Below, piece by piece: positions 48,731 through 59,474 of a stretch of 64,000 bases of DNA. The notes below the pieces were generated by a model that did no database searches, was not told the DNA's origin, and saw only the letters and a list, made by a program, of their open reading frames with translations. Position 1 is the stretch's first letter; each line of letters begins with the position of its first letter. The translations under genes and the position numbers were made by a program. The stretch is from Patescibacteria group bacterium (lineage in GTDB: Bacteria; Patescibacteriota; UBA1384; DATEAH01): assembly GCA_035288465.1 (NCBI GenBank), contig DATEAH010000007.1, positions 66,090-130,089 on the forward strand. The letters run 5' to 3'.

Positions 48731-49109
48731 TACTCGAATTATATTTGAGTAGTGCGCAACGCACTAAAGTTGGTGTTTTTTCGCCTCCAAAATTTCTTGC
48801 CGTTTGTTACTACTACTCAACTGCGAAAATGGAGTTATGGATTATGTGATTTAAGATAATAATATTCAAAATTATTTTAATGATCAACTCACGAATTTGA
48901 AGTATGCATGGAACTGCTTTTGCCATAATCAGCCTTTAACTGCACCTCCTTTTATTAAGGCAAGAAAGGAGGTTTATGAAAATTAAACTAAAAGGCTGGT
49001 TGAAAAGGTCTGGAATGATTCTCGATTTAGTTGCTAAATTATTAGCAGTGATCAAAGTCATAAAGGACCTTTTAGGGTACCGATTAATGCCCTCATGAAG
49101 AGGGATTAA
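48731..49109 (+). ncRNA. Putative structured RT-associated RNA / leader
   Basis: Starts just after the promoter; many complementary segments (see findings); abuts the RT start codon. Confidence 0.6.
48976..49098 (+). CDS. 40-aa basic amphipathic peptide MKIKLKGWLKRSGMILDLVAKLLAVIKVIKDLLGYRLMPS (below ORF-track cutoff)
   Basis: AAGGAGGT SD at 48966-48973 immediately before ATG 48976; TGA at 49096-49098. Confidence 0.6.
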   Translation: MKIKLKGWLKRSGMILDLVAKLLAVIKVIKDLLGYRLMPS

Positions 49110-49111
49110 AT

Positions 49112-50014
49112 ATGAAATTGCAACCCATACGTTCTCAAAAAGATTTAAATGATATTTTTGATATTAACGATCAAAAAATTATTAGTCTTATTAAGCTAAA
49201 AAATAAATATAAAAAGCGATCTATCCCGAAAAAATCTGGTGGAATAAGGGTAATAACGGAGCCCGCACCCGAATTGAAATCTTTCCAAAAAAAGCTGGGT
49301 AGCTATATTTTTCGTATGAAAAAATTAAAATTCGCTTATGGTGGCGTGAAGAATAAATGCCGAGAAGATGTCGCTAAACTTCACAGATGTAATTATTTTA
49401 TTCTTAAATGTGATATTAAAAATTGTTTCCCTTCGATTAGAAAAAAAGTAGTGGTTAAAGAATTGTTGAACTTTGGTTTTACATATAAATACGCTAAATT
49501 GTTCACAGAAATAATAACTTTTGAAGGATCTCTTCCTCAGGGTGCACCTTCAAGTCCGGGCATGGCGAATTTAATATTAGATAAGATTGATAATCAAATT
49601 ATAACTGTACTACCGTTTGGCTGTAAATATTCCCGATGGATTGATGACATTATGATTTCATTTCCGAAAAAAAATCAACTAAAAATAATTAAAGACATAT
49701 CGAAAAAAATTGAGAATATAATTCATTCTAATGGTTTAAATCTGAAAGATGGGGTTTCTATTATCCTCAAGGAGCATTGCAGCGATTTACTTGGGCAATC
49801 AATATCTAAGAAGATTAATATTCCTAAAAAATGGTATAAAATTTTACGGAGTCAAGTTTATAGACTTAAAAGGGGATTTTATAAAGGTAAAGAACAAGAA
49901 AAAATAATAGCTTTAATCAAAGGTAAAATGGTATTATTAAAAAGTGTTACCGTCCATCACAAAAAACAAACTAGATATTATACGCTTAAGAAAATACTTG
50001 ATAAAATTATGTGA
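49112..50014 (+). CDS. Reverse transcriptase, retron/DRT-like, stand-alone (300 aa)
   Basis: IPKKSGGIRVITEP, ELKSFQK, CDIKNCFPSI, LPQGAPSSPGMANL, YSRWIDDIMIS. Confidence 0.93.
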   Translation: MKLQPIRSQKDLNDIFDINDQKIISLIKLKNKYKKRSIPKKSGGIRVITEPAPELKSFQKKLGSYIFRMKKLKFAYGGVKNKCREDVAKLHRCNYFILKCDIKNCFPSIRKKVVVKELLNFGFTYKYAKLFTEIITFEGSLPQGAPSSPGMANLILDKIDNQIITVLPFGCKYSRWIDDIMISFPKKNQLKIIKDISKKIENIIHSNGLNLKDGVSIILKEHCSDLLGQSISKKINIPKKWYKILRSQVYRLKRGFYKGKEQEKIIALIKGKMVLLKSVTVHHKKQTRYYTLKKILDKIM

Positions 50015-50069
50015 CAAGCATTTTTTTAAAATTTGCCTAAAAATTAGTTTTGAGTTATAATAATAGGCA

Positions 50070-51272
50070 TTGGAGGAGAAATTGAAGTTTAGAAAAATAC
50101 TCTTGCCTATTATTTTTGTTTTGAGCCTAGGAATTTTTTATTTTCTGGGCTATTTACATGGTCACGCGAATTTAGTTTTTTCGAAAAAATTTGTCCCGCA
50201 AATTACTAATACGGAATTGGGCAAACCCAAAGATATCGATTTTTCGCTTTTTTGGGAGGTTTGGAATAAGGTTGAAGATCAATATCCGGGCAAGGTGGAT
50301 CGCAAGAAAATATTTTATGGCGCAATTTCTGGAATTTTGACAGGTTTAGATGACCCATACTCAGTTTTTATGGAGCCTGGCCAATCAAAAACATTTTTAA
50401 ATGATTTAGAGGGTATTTTTGATGGCATTGGTGTCGAAATTACGATGAAAAATAACCAAATTACGATAGTTTCCGCCCTAAAAGATACTCCCGCTTCAAA
50501 AGCTGGTTTGATGGCAAATGATATAATTTTAAAAATAGATGGCAAAGAAACGACAAACATGACGTTGGATGAAGTGGTAAATAAAATTAGAGGTGTGAAA
50601 GGAACCAAGGTAACCTTAACAATTTATCGGAATGGCAAACAAAAAGATTATACTGTGACTAGAGATAAAATTAAGGTTGAAAGTGTTAAATATGAATTTA
50701 AGGATAGTAATATCGCCTATATCAAAATTGACCAATTTGGTGATGACACCGAAGATTTATTCAACAAAGCCATCTCTGAAATCCAGCTGAAAAAACCCAA
50801 AGGAATAATTTTAGATTTAAGGGATAATCCGGGTGGATATTTAGAAACTTCAGTTAATATCGCCAGCGCCTTTATTAAAAACGGCGTGATTGTTTCTGAA
50901 CAATACAAAGGTGACAAAAAAGATGAATATAAATCAACCGGCGACGGCAGATTAGAAGGTTATAAATTAGTAGTTTTGGTTAACGGCGGTTCGGCCTCAG
51001 CTTCGGAAATTGTCGCTGGCGCGATACAAGATTTAGGCAAAGGCAAATTAATTGGCGAAAAAACCTTTGGCAAGGGTTCTGTTCAAGAACTGGAAGCTTT
51101 AAAAGATGAGGCATATTTGAGATTAACGGTGGCGAAGTGGTTGACGCCAAAAGGTAGATACATTAATTCATCGGGTATTGAACCCGATATTGTGGTTGAA
51201 ATGACCCAAAAAGATATTGACGCTGATCGAGATCCGCAATTAGATCGCGCATTATCAGAAATTAAAAAATAG
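50070..51272 (+). CDS. ctpA: Carboxyl-terminal processing protease (S41) with PDZ domain
   Basis: DPYS, GIGVEI, LDLRDNPGG, SASASEI, GEKTFGKGSVQ. Confidence 0.95.
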   Translation: MEEKLKFRKILLPIIFVLSLGIFYFLGYLHGHANLVFSKKFVPQITNTELGKPKDIDFSLFWEVWNKVEDQYPGKVDRKKIFYGAISGILTGLDDPYSVFMEPGQSKTFLNDLEGIFDGIGVEITMKNNQITIVSALKDTPASKAGLMANDIILKIDGKETTNMTLDEVVNKIRGVKGTKVTLTIYRNGKQKDYTVTRDKIKVESVKYEFKDSNIAYIKIDQFGDDTEDLFNKAISEIQLKKPKGIILDLRDNPGGYLETSVNIASAFIKNGVIVSEQYKGDKKDEYKSTGDGRLEGYKLVVLVNGGSASASEIVAGAIQDLGKGKLIGEKTFGKGSVQELEALKDEAYLRLTVAKWLTPKGRYINSSGIEPDIVVEMTQKDIDADRDPQLDRALSEIKK

Positions 51273-51322
51273 ATTTTATAAAATCAGAAAGGATATAGTT
51301 ATTTTTAGCTATTTTTAAAAAC

Positions 51323-51880
51323 ATGAAAAAAGCACATAAAAAAATTGAAGTGGTTTTAATTTCAGAAGTGGAAAAACTTGGCCAAAAAGGTGAGAAAATT
51401 TTAGCTGCCAAAGGGTATGTTCAAAATTATTTGATTCCTCAGCAAAAAGCAATTTTAAGCACTGATCCCAGAGCGGTTAAATTGCTAGAAGAGGCGGCGA
51501 AAAAACAAAAATTGCGGGAAGCTGAAATTGCCAAAGCCCGCGAAATTGTTGAAAAAATTTCCAATTTTCGCCTTAAAATGATGGCAAAAGCAACAAAAGA
51601 CAGCAAAAAAATATTTGGATCAATCACCGCAGACCAAATCTTGAAAGAGATTTCAAAAAACGTTAAAATTGAATTGAAAAAAGCGAAATTAATTGGCAAG
51701 CTACCGATTAGAAATATTGGAAATTTTGCACTAACTCTTCAACTCACACCTGACGTTGAAACAAAAGTGAACATTAGCGTGGAAGCGGAAAAAGCGGCAA
51801 AATCAGCCAAAACCAAAACTGCCGGGAGTTTAAAAAAGGTCAAAAAAGCCACAAAAAAATCAAAAAGTAAGAAAAAATAA
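51323..51880 (+). CDS. rplI: 50S ribosomal protein L9 with Lys-rich C-terminal tail
   Basis: LGQKGE..GYVQNYLIP, KIFGSIT, PIRNIG. Confidence 0.92.
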   Translation: MKKAHKKIEVVLISEVEKLGQKGEKILAAKGYVQNYLIPQQKAILSTDPRAVKLLEEAAKKQKLREAEIAKAREIVEKISNFRLKMMAKATKDSKKIFGSITADQILKEISKNVKIELKKAKLIGKLPIRNIGNFALTLQLTPDVETKVNISVEAEKAAKSAKTKTAGSLKKVKKATKKSKSKKK

Positions 51881-51907
51881 AATATTTTATAAAATTTAAG
51901 GAGGGGC

Positions 51908-53404
51908 ATGGAAAACTCTCAGGACAATAATCCGAACAATATTATTATTAATCCTGGTAATAATCCTCCCAACCAAGCGCCAGCTCCGACGCCCATGTCG
52001 GTTCCAGCGGCCCCAAATCAGCCTCCAACCTATATTAATCAAGGTCCGGAAAATGCACCTGAAACAATGACGCTGGCTCCAGAAAAAAAGAAAAAAAGTT
52101 GCTTAGGTCGGATTTTATTAATTATTTTATTATTAATTATTTTAGTTCCGACAGGTTTAGTATATGCGACTGAAATTGGGAAACTTAATATTGGTTTAGA
52201 TAAATATTACAATCGATATGGTTTGGAAAAATTATGGAAAGGGATGCCGATTTATCCGCCCCTTGCCTTAGCCGAAGTCATCAAAAAAGAACAAATAGTC
52301 AGCGGTGTTCATTTTTCAGGTCAACTAAAGATTTCCGGAAGTATCCTGAACCAAATTTCAACAGCGAAGAAAAAGACTCAGCCTAAAAACACCAAAGGCC
52401 AAGTTTTGGGAGAATTAACTTCTCAATCAATTATTGAAATGTCTTTGTCTGGAGATATAATACCACCGGATAAAAGCAAAGCCGAATTATCGACAAATTT
52501 TGGACAAAAATTATCCAAAATATATTTTAATGATAAGACCAAAATTACTGCACAAACAATTACGAGCAATAATAAATTATATATCAAATTTTCTGATAGT
52601 TTTTTAACCCCAGGATTGGCGCAAAATAAATGGCAGGAAATTGATTATAATCAATATATGATTTATCTAAAATCAGTTTCATCAGATGACGCCAATAAAG
52701 AATTTTTACAAGATGTTAAAAAATCAATAAAATCATACCAACGAACAATCACAGTTGTGAATCAAGTGCCAGTCTACCAATATCGGGTAGTCCTTGATAA
52801 AAATATTCTAAAAAGTCAACTTGGAATAGATTTTACTTCCGATCCAATTATTGAAATAAGTATCGGCAAAAATGATCATTTAATCTATCAACTGAAATTT
52901 TCTGGCGAGGGGGGGAATGCCCAAGCGATGACCAAAGAAGAACTGATGATTAATTTTTCCGATTATAATAAACCGGTTGTAATTTCAACCCCTAATGAAA
53001 AAGATGTTGAAAAACATAGTTTTGAGAGTTTAGTAATTAATTTTATCACGAACGGAGCTATTAATACTCAAACCAAAAACCAAAATTCGTCGGCATCGAG
53101 GGATGCTACTAGAAAAACTGACTTAGCCTCAATTTCCGCAGCTTTAAAATTATATCATCAGGATAATGGTCAGTATCCGATTGCTGCGACCAATGAGCGA
53201 ACAGATAGCGCCAACAGTGTTTTGGCTTCGGCTTTGGTTGATAAATACTTAAGCTCGATACCGAAAGATCCACAAACGCCCGACCATTATTATGGATATA
53301 AATCTGATGGGGAGAGTTTCCAATTAAGCTGTATTTTGGAAAATACTTCAGATTCTGCCGGTAAAAAAGTTGGGAATTTATTCTTATATATAATGACCAA
53401 ATAA
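51908..53404 (+). CDS. Membrane protein: Pro/Asn-rich N-terminus, TM helix, central beta domain, C-terminal GspG/pilin-like domain
   Basis: C-terminal RDATRKTDLASISAALKLYHQDNGQYP..YLSSIPKDP..YYGY..LEN. Confidence 0.75.
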   Translation: MENSQDNNPNNIIINPGNNPPNQAPAPTPMSVPAAPNQPPTYINQGPENAPETMTLAPEKKKKSCLGRILLIILLLIILVPTGLVYATEIGKLNIGLDKYYNRYGLEKLWKGMPIYPPLALAEVIKKEQIVSGVHFSGQLKISGSILNQISTAKKKTQPKNTKGQVLGELTSQSIIEMSLSGDIIPPDKSKAELSTNFGQKLSKIYFNDKTKITAQTITSNNKLYIKFSDSFLTPGLAQNKWQEIDYNQYMIYLKSVSSDDANKEFLQDVKKSIKSYQRTITVVNQVPVYQYRVVLDKNILKSQLGIDFTSDPIIEISIGKNDHLIYQLKFSGEGGNAQAMTKEELMINFSDYNKPVVISTPNEKDVEKHSFESLVINFITNGAINTQTKNQNSSASRDATRKTDLASISAALKLYHQDNGQYPIAATNERTDSANSVLASALVDKYLSSIPKDPQTPDHYYGYKSDGESFQLSCILENTSDSAGKKVGNLFLYIMTK

Positions 53405-53439
53405 TATTGAAATAATTTTATGAATTAGCAGGAGGAAAA

Positions 53440-53994
53440 ATGATTGCTTTATGGGTGATTTTGGGGGTAGTTTTAGTTTTGGTCGTTTGGGTAATTGCAA
53501 TTTTTAATGGTTTAGTAGTTTTGAAAAACAGGACAAAAGAAGCTTGGTCTGATATTGATGTGCAGCTCAAAAGACGCTATGACCTAATTCCAAATTTGGT
53601 TGAATCAGTCAAAGGCTATGCAAAACATGAAAAAGAGCTATTTGAAAAAGTTACCAAAGCTCGCGCTGAGGCAATGTCAGCTGAGGGACCAGCCGAACAA
53701 GCGCAAGCTGAAAACGCTCTTTCAAAAACCTTAAAGAGTATTTTTGCCGTAGCTGAAAATTATCCGCAACTTCGAGCCTCAGAAAATTTCCAAAAATTGC
53801 AAGATGAGCTAACTGATACTGAGAATAAGATAGAAGCGGCTCGCAGATTTTACAACGCGAATGTTAGAGATCTGAACATCAAAATCGAAAAATTTCCAGA
53901 CAATGCGGTGGCTGGTATGTTTGGCTACAAGCAAATGGAGCTTTTTGAATTAGAAGAACCAGCCGCGCGAGAATCAGTTAAAGTCAAATTTTAA
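53440..53994 (+). CDS. lemA: LemA family protein
   Basis: [34 protein letters not shown]. Confidence 0.97.
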   Translation: MIALWVILGVVLVLVVWVIAIFNGLVVLKNRTKEAWSDIDVQLKRRYDLIPNLVESVKGYAKHEKELFEKVTKARAEAMSAEGPAEQAQAENALSKTLKSIFAVAENYPQLRASENFQKLQDELTDTENKIEAARRFYNANVRDLNIKIEKFPDNAVAGMFGYKQMELFELEEPAARESVKVKF

Positions 53995-53999
53995 TTACT

Positions 54000-54884
54000 A
54001 TGTATCAACAAATCGATTCTAATAAACGAAGAACTGTCTTATTGATGGGACTATTCCTAATTTTTATAATTGGGATTGGTTTTGTATTTGCTCAGATATA
54101 TAATAATTATTTTATTTTAGTGGCAGCAGTTTTATTCTCGTTATTTCAGACTTTAATTTCTTATTATTATTCCGACCGAATCACTTTAGCCATTTCTCGA
54201 GCAAAACCAGTTTCCAGAACAGAGCCATTTTTAGAATTGCATCGTTTAGTAGAAAATTTAGCGATTACTGCCGGTTTGCCAAAGCCCAAAATTTATCTAA
54301 TTTCCGATTCGGCGCCAAATGCCTTTGCCACCGGTCGCGATCCCAAACGCGCGGCGATAGCAGTCACGACTGGGTTATTAGGCAAGTTAAATAAAAATGA
54401 ACTTGAAGGTGTGATTGCACATGAATTATCGCATGTGGGAAATTATGATATTCGGCTGATGACAATCGTGGTGGTTTTGGTGGGCGTGGTGGCTTTATTG
54501 TCGGATTGGTTTTTGAGGTGGAGTTGGTGGGGAGGTGGACGCCGCAATAATAATGAGGGAGGGCAAATTGGGGCAATTTTACTTTTAATTGGAATTATTT
54601 TAGCCATTGTGGCGCCAATTGCCGCCACTTTGATTCAATTGGCAATTTCCAGGAAAAGGGAATTTTTAGCTGATGCCTCGGGCGTATTATTAACGCGATA
54701 TCCGGAAGGATTAGCCGAGGCTTTGGAAAAAATATCAAAAGATCCCGAGCCATTAGAAGTGGCAAACCGCGCCACAGCGCATTTATATTTTGCCAATCCC
54801 CTTAAAAATAAAAAGGTATCGAGCCTATTTTCGACGCATCCACCCGTGGAGGAACGGATTAGGGCTTTGCGAAAAATGCTTTAA
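54000..54884 (+). CDS. htpX: Zinc metalloprotease HtpX (M48)
   Basis: PNAFATG, AHELSH, SRKREFLADA, FSTHPP. Confidence 0.96.
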   Translation: MYQQIDSNKRRTVLLMGLFLIFIIGIGFVFAQIYNNYFILVAAVLFSLFQTLISYYYSDRITLAISRAKPVSRTEPFLELHRLVENLAITAGLPKPKIYLISDSAPNAFATGRDPKRAAIAVTTGLLGKLNKNELEGVIAHELSHVGNYDIRLMTIVVVLVGVVALLSDWFLRWSWWGGGRRNNNEGGQIGAILLLIGIILAIVAPIAATLIQLAISRKREFLADASGVLLTRYPEGLAEALEKISKDPEPLEVANRATAHLYFANPLKNKKVSSLFSTHPPVEERIRALRKML

Positions 54885-54924
54885 TCTTTTATAATATAAT
54901 TAGATTAATCTTTATCGAGGAAGA

Positions 54925-55446
54925 ATGAAAAAGAGGGGTTTTACTTTAATTGAACTTTTGGTGGTAATCGCCGTAATTGGGATCATTGCAATAATAGTTT
55001 TGGCGAGTCTGGGGAGTGCGCGAAAAAAAGCTCGTGATGCCGTTAGATTAACTGATATGCGCACAATTCAGACCGCATTAGAATTATATTTTGAAACATT
55101 TGGGCAATATCCGATCTATGACAATACGGGATGTGCTGGTTGGGATACTGGAAACCAGCTTTACCCCTTATTGCAAGATAAATTAACCCAAATCGATTCT
55201 CACCCTCTGCCAGTAGATCCGACGGGAAAAGTGGCTTGTTCTGGTTATTATTATTACCGATATCCAGCTGGTCAGATGAGCTGTCCGGCTAACAAAGGTG
55301 CTTTTTATGTTTTAGGCATTAAAGACATGGAATCATCTGGCAATCCGCACCCCTCGAATCCTGGTTTTAAATGCGGAATCCGTAATTGGCAAAATGAAAT
55401 GGAGTATTTTGAATGGGTGACTGGTAAATTTTCCGCAGATCATTAA
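54925..55446 (+). CDS. Type IV pilin / GspG-like prepilin
   Basis: KRG|FTLIELLVVIAVIGII N-methylation leader; ARDAVR..ALELY. Confidence 0.93.
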   Translation: MKKRGFTLIELLVVIAVIGIIAIIVLASLGSARKKARDAVRLTDMRTIQTALELYFETFGQYPIYDNTGCAGWDTGNQLYPLLQDKLTQIDSHPLPVDPTGKVACSGYYYYRYPAGQMSCPANKGAFYVLGIKDMESSGNPHPSNPGFKCGIRNWQNEMEYFEWVTGKFSADH

Positions 55447-55745
55447 TTTATTTCGTAGAGGCTATTAAATCTGTTTAGTTTTAGGCAGATTTTTTTATTT
55501 GAAAGACTTGATTTTTATTATCAAATGCACTATTATTATATTAATTCAAGTTGAGATCCAAATCGTGTCCAGGTAATCTTGTTTCGGAAAGAAAACGCTA
55601 AATATTACATCTCTGATTTAAATGAGTTATTCTTGCGTGCGGCTTATGTTTCAGTTTTATGCTAAATCTTGTTGTTTTTTCACGTTTGTTAATAGCCTCG
55701 ACGGATAAAATCAATCAAGCATCGTACTGAAGGAGGCACGAGGAG

Positions 55746-56048
55746 ATGTATCCAATCCCCAACGAAGACCAGAAATGGTTGATGAAACACGGTAGGCAAG
55801 ACGAGCAAGGCAATTGGTGGTGCAAGCAAACAGGCGCCCTCATACAAATGGTTATAATTAATCGCTCAATTTGGATTCAGCCCTTTATGGGCGGAGGCGG
55901 TGACGTTAGACGCGTTGGGCATCTTTGTTGCGAGAGATGCAATCCCAATCGTATTTTTCCACAAAATGGAACCCCGATTTATGAAGACGATCTTTATGAC
56001 CCCGAACAACAGATTCTTGAGACGCCACCCACTGTAGTAGTATCCTAA
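55746..56048 (+). CDS. Hypothetical protein, possibly Zn-binding
   Basis: GGAGG and GAGGAG SD-like sites; WWCK..CCERC; followed by a terminator. Confidence 0.65.
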   Translation: MYPIPNEDQKWLMKHGRQDEQGNWWCKQTGALIQMVIINRSIWIQPFMGGGGDVRRVGHLCCERCNPNRIFPQNGTPIYEDDLYDPEQQILETPPTVVVS

Positions 56049-56076
56049 TTCATAGATTTTAAACTTTCCAAATTTG

Positions 56077-56115
56077 GGCAACTTTTCAATAAATTAAGAA
56101 AGGTTGCCTTTTTTT
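56077..56115 (+). terminator. Rho-independent terminator
   Basis: ggcaactttt / gaaaggttgcc stem followed by T7. Confidence 0.7.
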
Positions 56116-56177
56116 CTTGTTTTTTGAGTCAAAAATCAATATAATGAAAGAAATAAATAGTAAACAGTTAGCAGTAA

Positions 56178-58220
<2,043 letters not shown>

Positions 58221-58281
58221 AAAAAGAGAGGCGGTCCTCGGAAAATTAATTTGATAACTTGGTGAGGATTCACCTCTTTTT
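58221..58281. terminator. Probable bidirectional terminator between convergent genes
   Basis: aaaagagagg..tcctc / gagga..cctcttttt imperfect inverted repeat. Confidence 0.55.
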
Positions 58282-58290
58282 GAATTTTTA

Positions 58291-59418
58291 TTAAGAAATA
58301 GAATATCGTTTCAACCAATTTCTGGCTCGAATGGCAGCTTCGGGAATTGCGCCCTCGCTTATTACTAAAACTTCAATTTTGGCATGGACTCTGGCGAGCA
58401 TATTATACATTTTTTTAGGTTGATTAGCCTTAGCGAATTTTAGGGCTTGAGTTAGTCTTTTAACTTGAGGAGATCGGGCGCGAGCGTAATAAGGTTCAAC
58501 AGTAAAGACCTTTTGAATTCTTGGGTACAAGTTTTCAATATCACGGGCAATAGCGAGTAGAACTTTGGGTTCTACAGGTTTTCCTTGAATGGCATATGGT
58601 TCTAATCTTGTAAGCAAATTTGGAATACTATTAAAGTAAATAAGATTTGCACCCTGATTAATTTTGCGTGCCATATGATAAATTGCCAAGCCGATATTGG
58701 TAATACCCCTCATTTGCTGTAACTTTTCCTGCCGAAACATCCCTAAAACACCAATCGCTTGCCCAATAGCAATAATTCTATCTTTGCCGTTAGCGGCACG
58801 CTCAACTTTTCTTAAAGCATCTATTAAAGTTGGTTGGCGGGTTTGACTTAAGGCGGTTAGAGTTTGAAACAAAAGCTGATTTGCCGCAATGGTTTTTGGT
58901 GAATCTGGTTTTAAGGTTTGCGAGAGATTTGAAAGTGCTCTGATTAAATCTTCGATCCAAACTTTCGCTCGAGTATATTCTCCTAGACCTGCCGGATAAT
59001 TTTCGCGACCGACTTTTCCTACCAACGAGTGGCTAATATGATATAGGTATTGACGAGCCGCCGAGACAATATCTGAATTTCGCCGAATAGTTATAACATA
59101 CAATCCGCCGCTTCTGGAAGGGATTGAAATTTCTCGTTCTTCTGGCGGTTTGGCAATTTCTTTTAATTCCCAAGCAGATAAGCGTCGCGATTGGGCGATT
59201 AGCAACATACCAGGTTTGGCAATCCAAATTCCAGACTTAATTAAACCATTTCGGCCTCGCCATCTGACTTTAATCCGACATGGGTGTCTGACTTCGAGAA
59301 GATGGTTAAAGCTGGTTTGTCTAAATAAAAATGGTAGTTCAATCGGATAATCGCCATGCCAAATAAAAGGTTCAATTTCTTCAAGGTATGGAGCTCTCAC
59401 ATATGGCAACTTAGCCAC
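58291..59418 (-). CDS. Hypothetical protein, basic and largely helical (375 aa)
   Basis: GGAGGT overlapping the GTG start region; TTGACA..TAAAAT promoter upstream; no recognised motif. Confidence 0.75.
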   Translation of the reverse strand: MAKLPYVRAPYLEEIEPFIWHGDYPIELPFLFRQTSFNHLLEVRHPCRIKVRWRGRNGLIKSGIWIAKPGMLLIAQSRRLSAWELKEIAKPPEEREISIPSRSGGLYVITIRRNSDIVSAARQYLYHISHSLVGKVGRENYPAGLGEYTRAKVWIEDLIRALSNLSQTLKPDSPKTIAANQLLFQTLTALSQTRQPTLIDALRKVERAANGKDRIIAIGQAIGVLGMFRQEKLQQMRGITNIGLAIYHMARKINQGANLIYFNSIPNLLTRLEPYAIQGKPVEPKVLLAIARDIENLYPRIQKVFTVEPYYARARSPQVKRLTQALKFAKANQPKKMYNMLARVHAKIEVLVISEGAIPEAAIRARNWLKRYSIS

Positions 59419-59474
59419 CTCCGTTTCGGAATCTTTAATATTTTATCATTTCGTATGTTTTTGTCAATCTTTAT

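Noticed and set aside
48731-49113. Canonical retron msr-msd with a1/a2 terminal repeats
   Set aside because: Only a 6-bp AT-only match (ATATTT/AAATAT) links the two ends, and no separate effector gene is present. A divergent retron is not excluded but cannot be called.
49112-50014. RT as part of a diversity-generating retroelement
   Set aside because: Motif 4 is LPQGAPSSP rather than the DGR-type G.PIG...SQ. No avd-like gene is present, and I found no TR/VR pair differing only at adenines.
48630-50070. RT as a group II intron
   Set aside because: The RT is only 300 aa with no maturase or endonuclease region. No domain V/VI-like hairpin follows it (ctpA starts 55 nt later), and flanking genes are intact.
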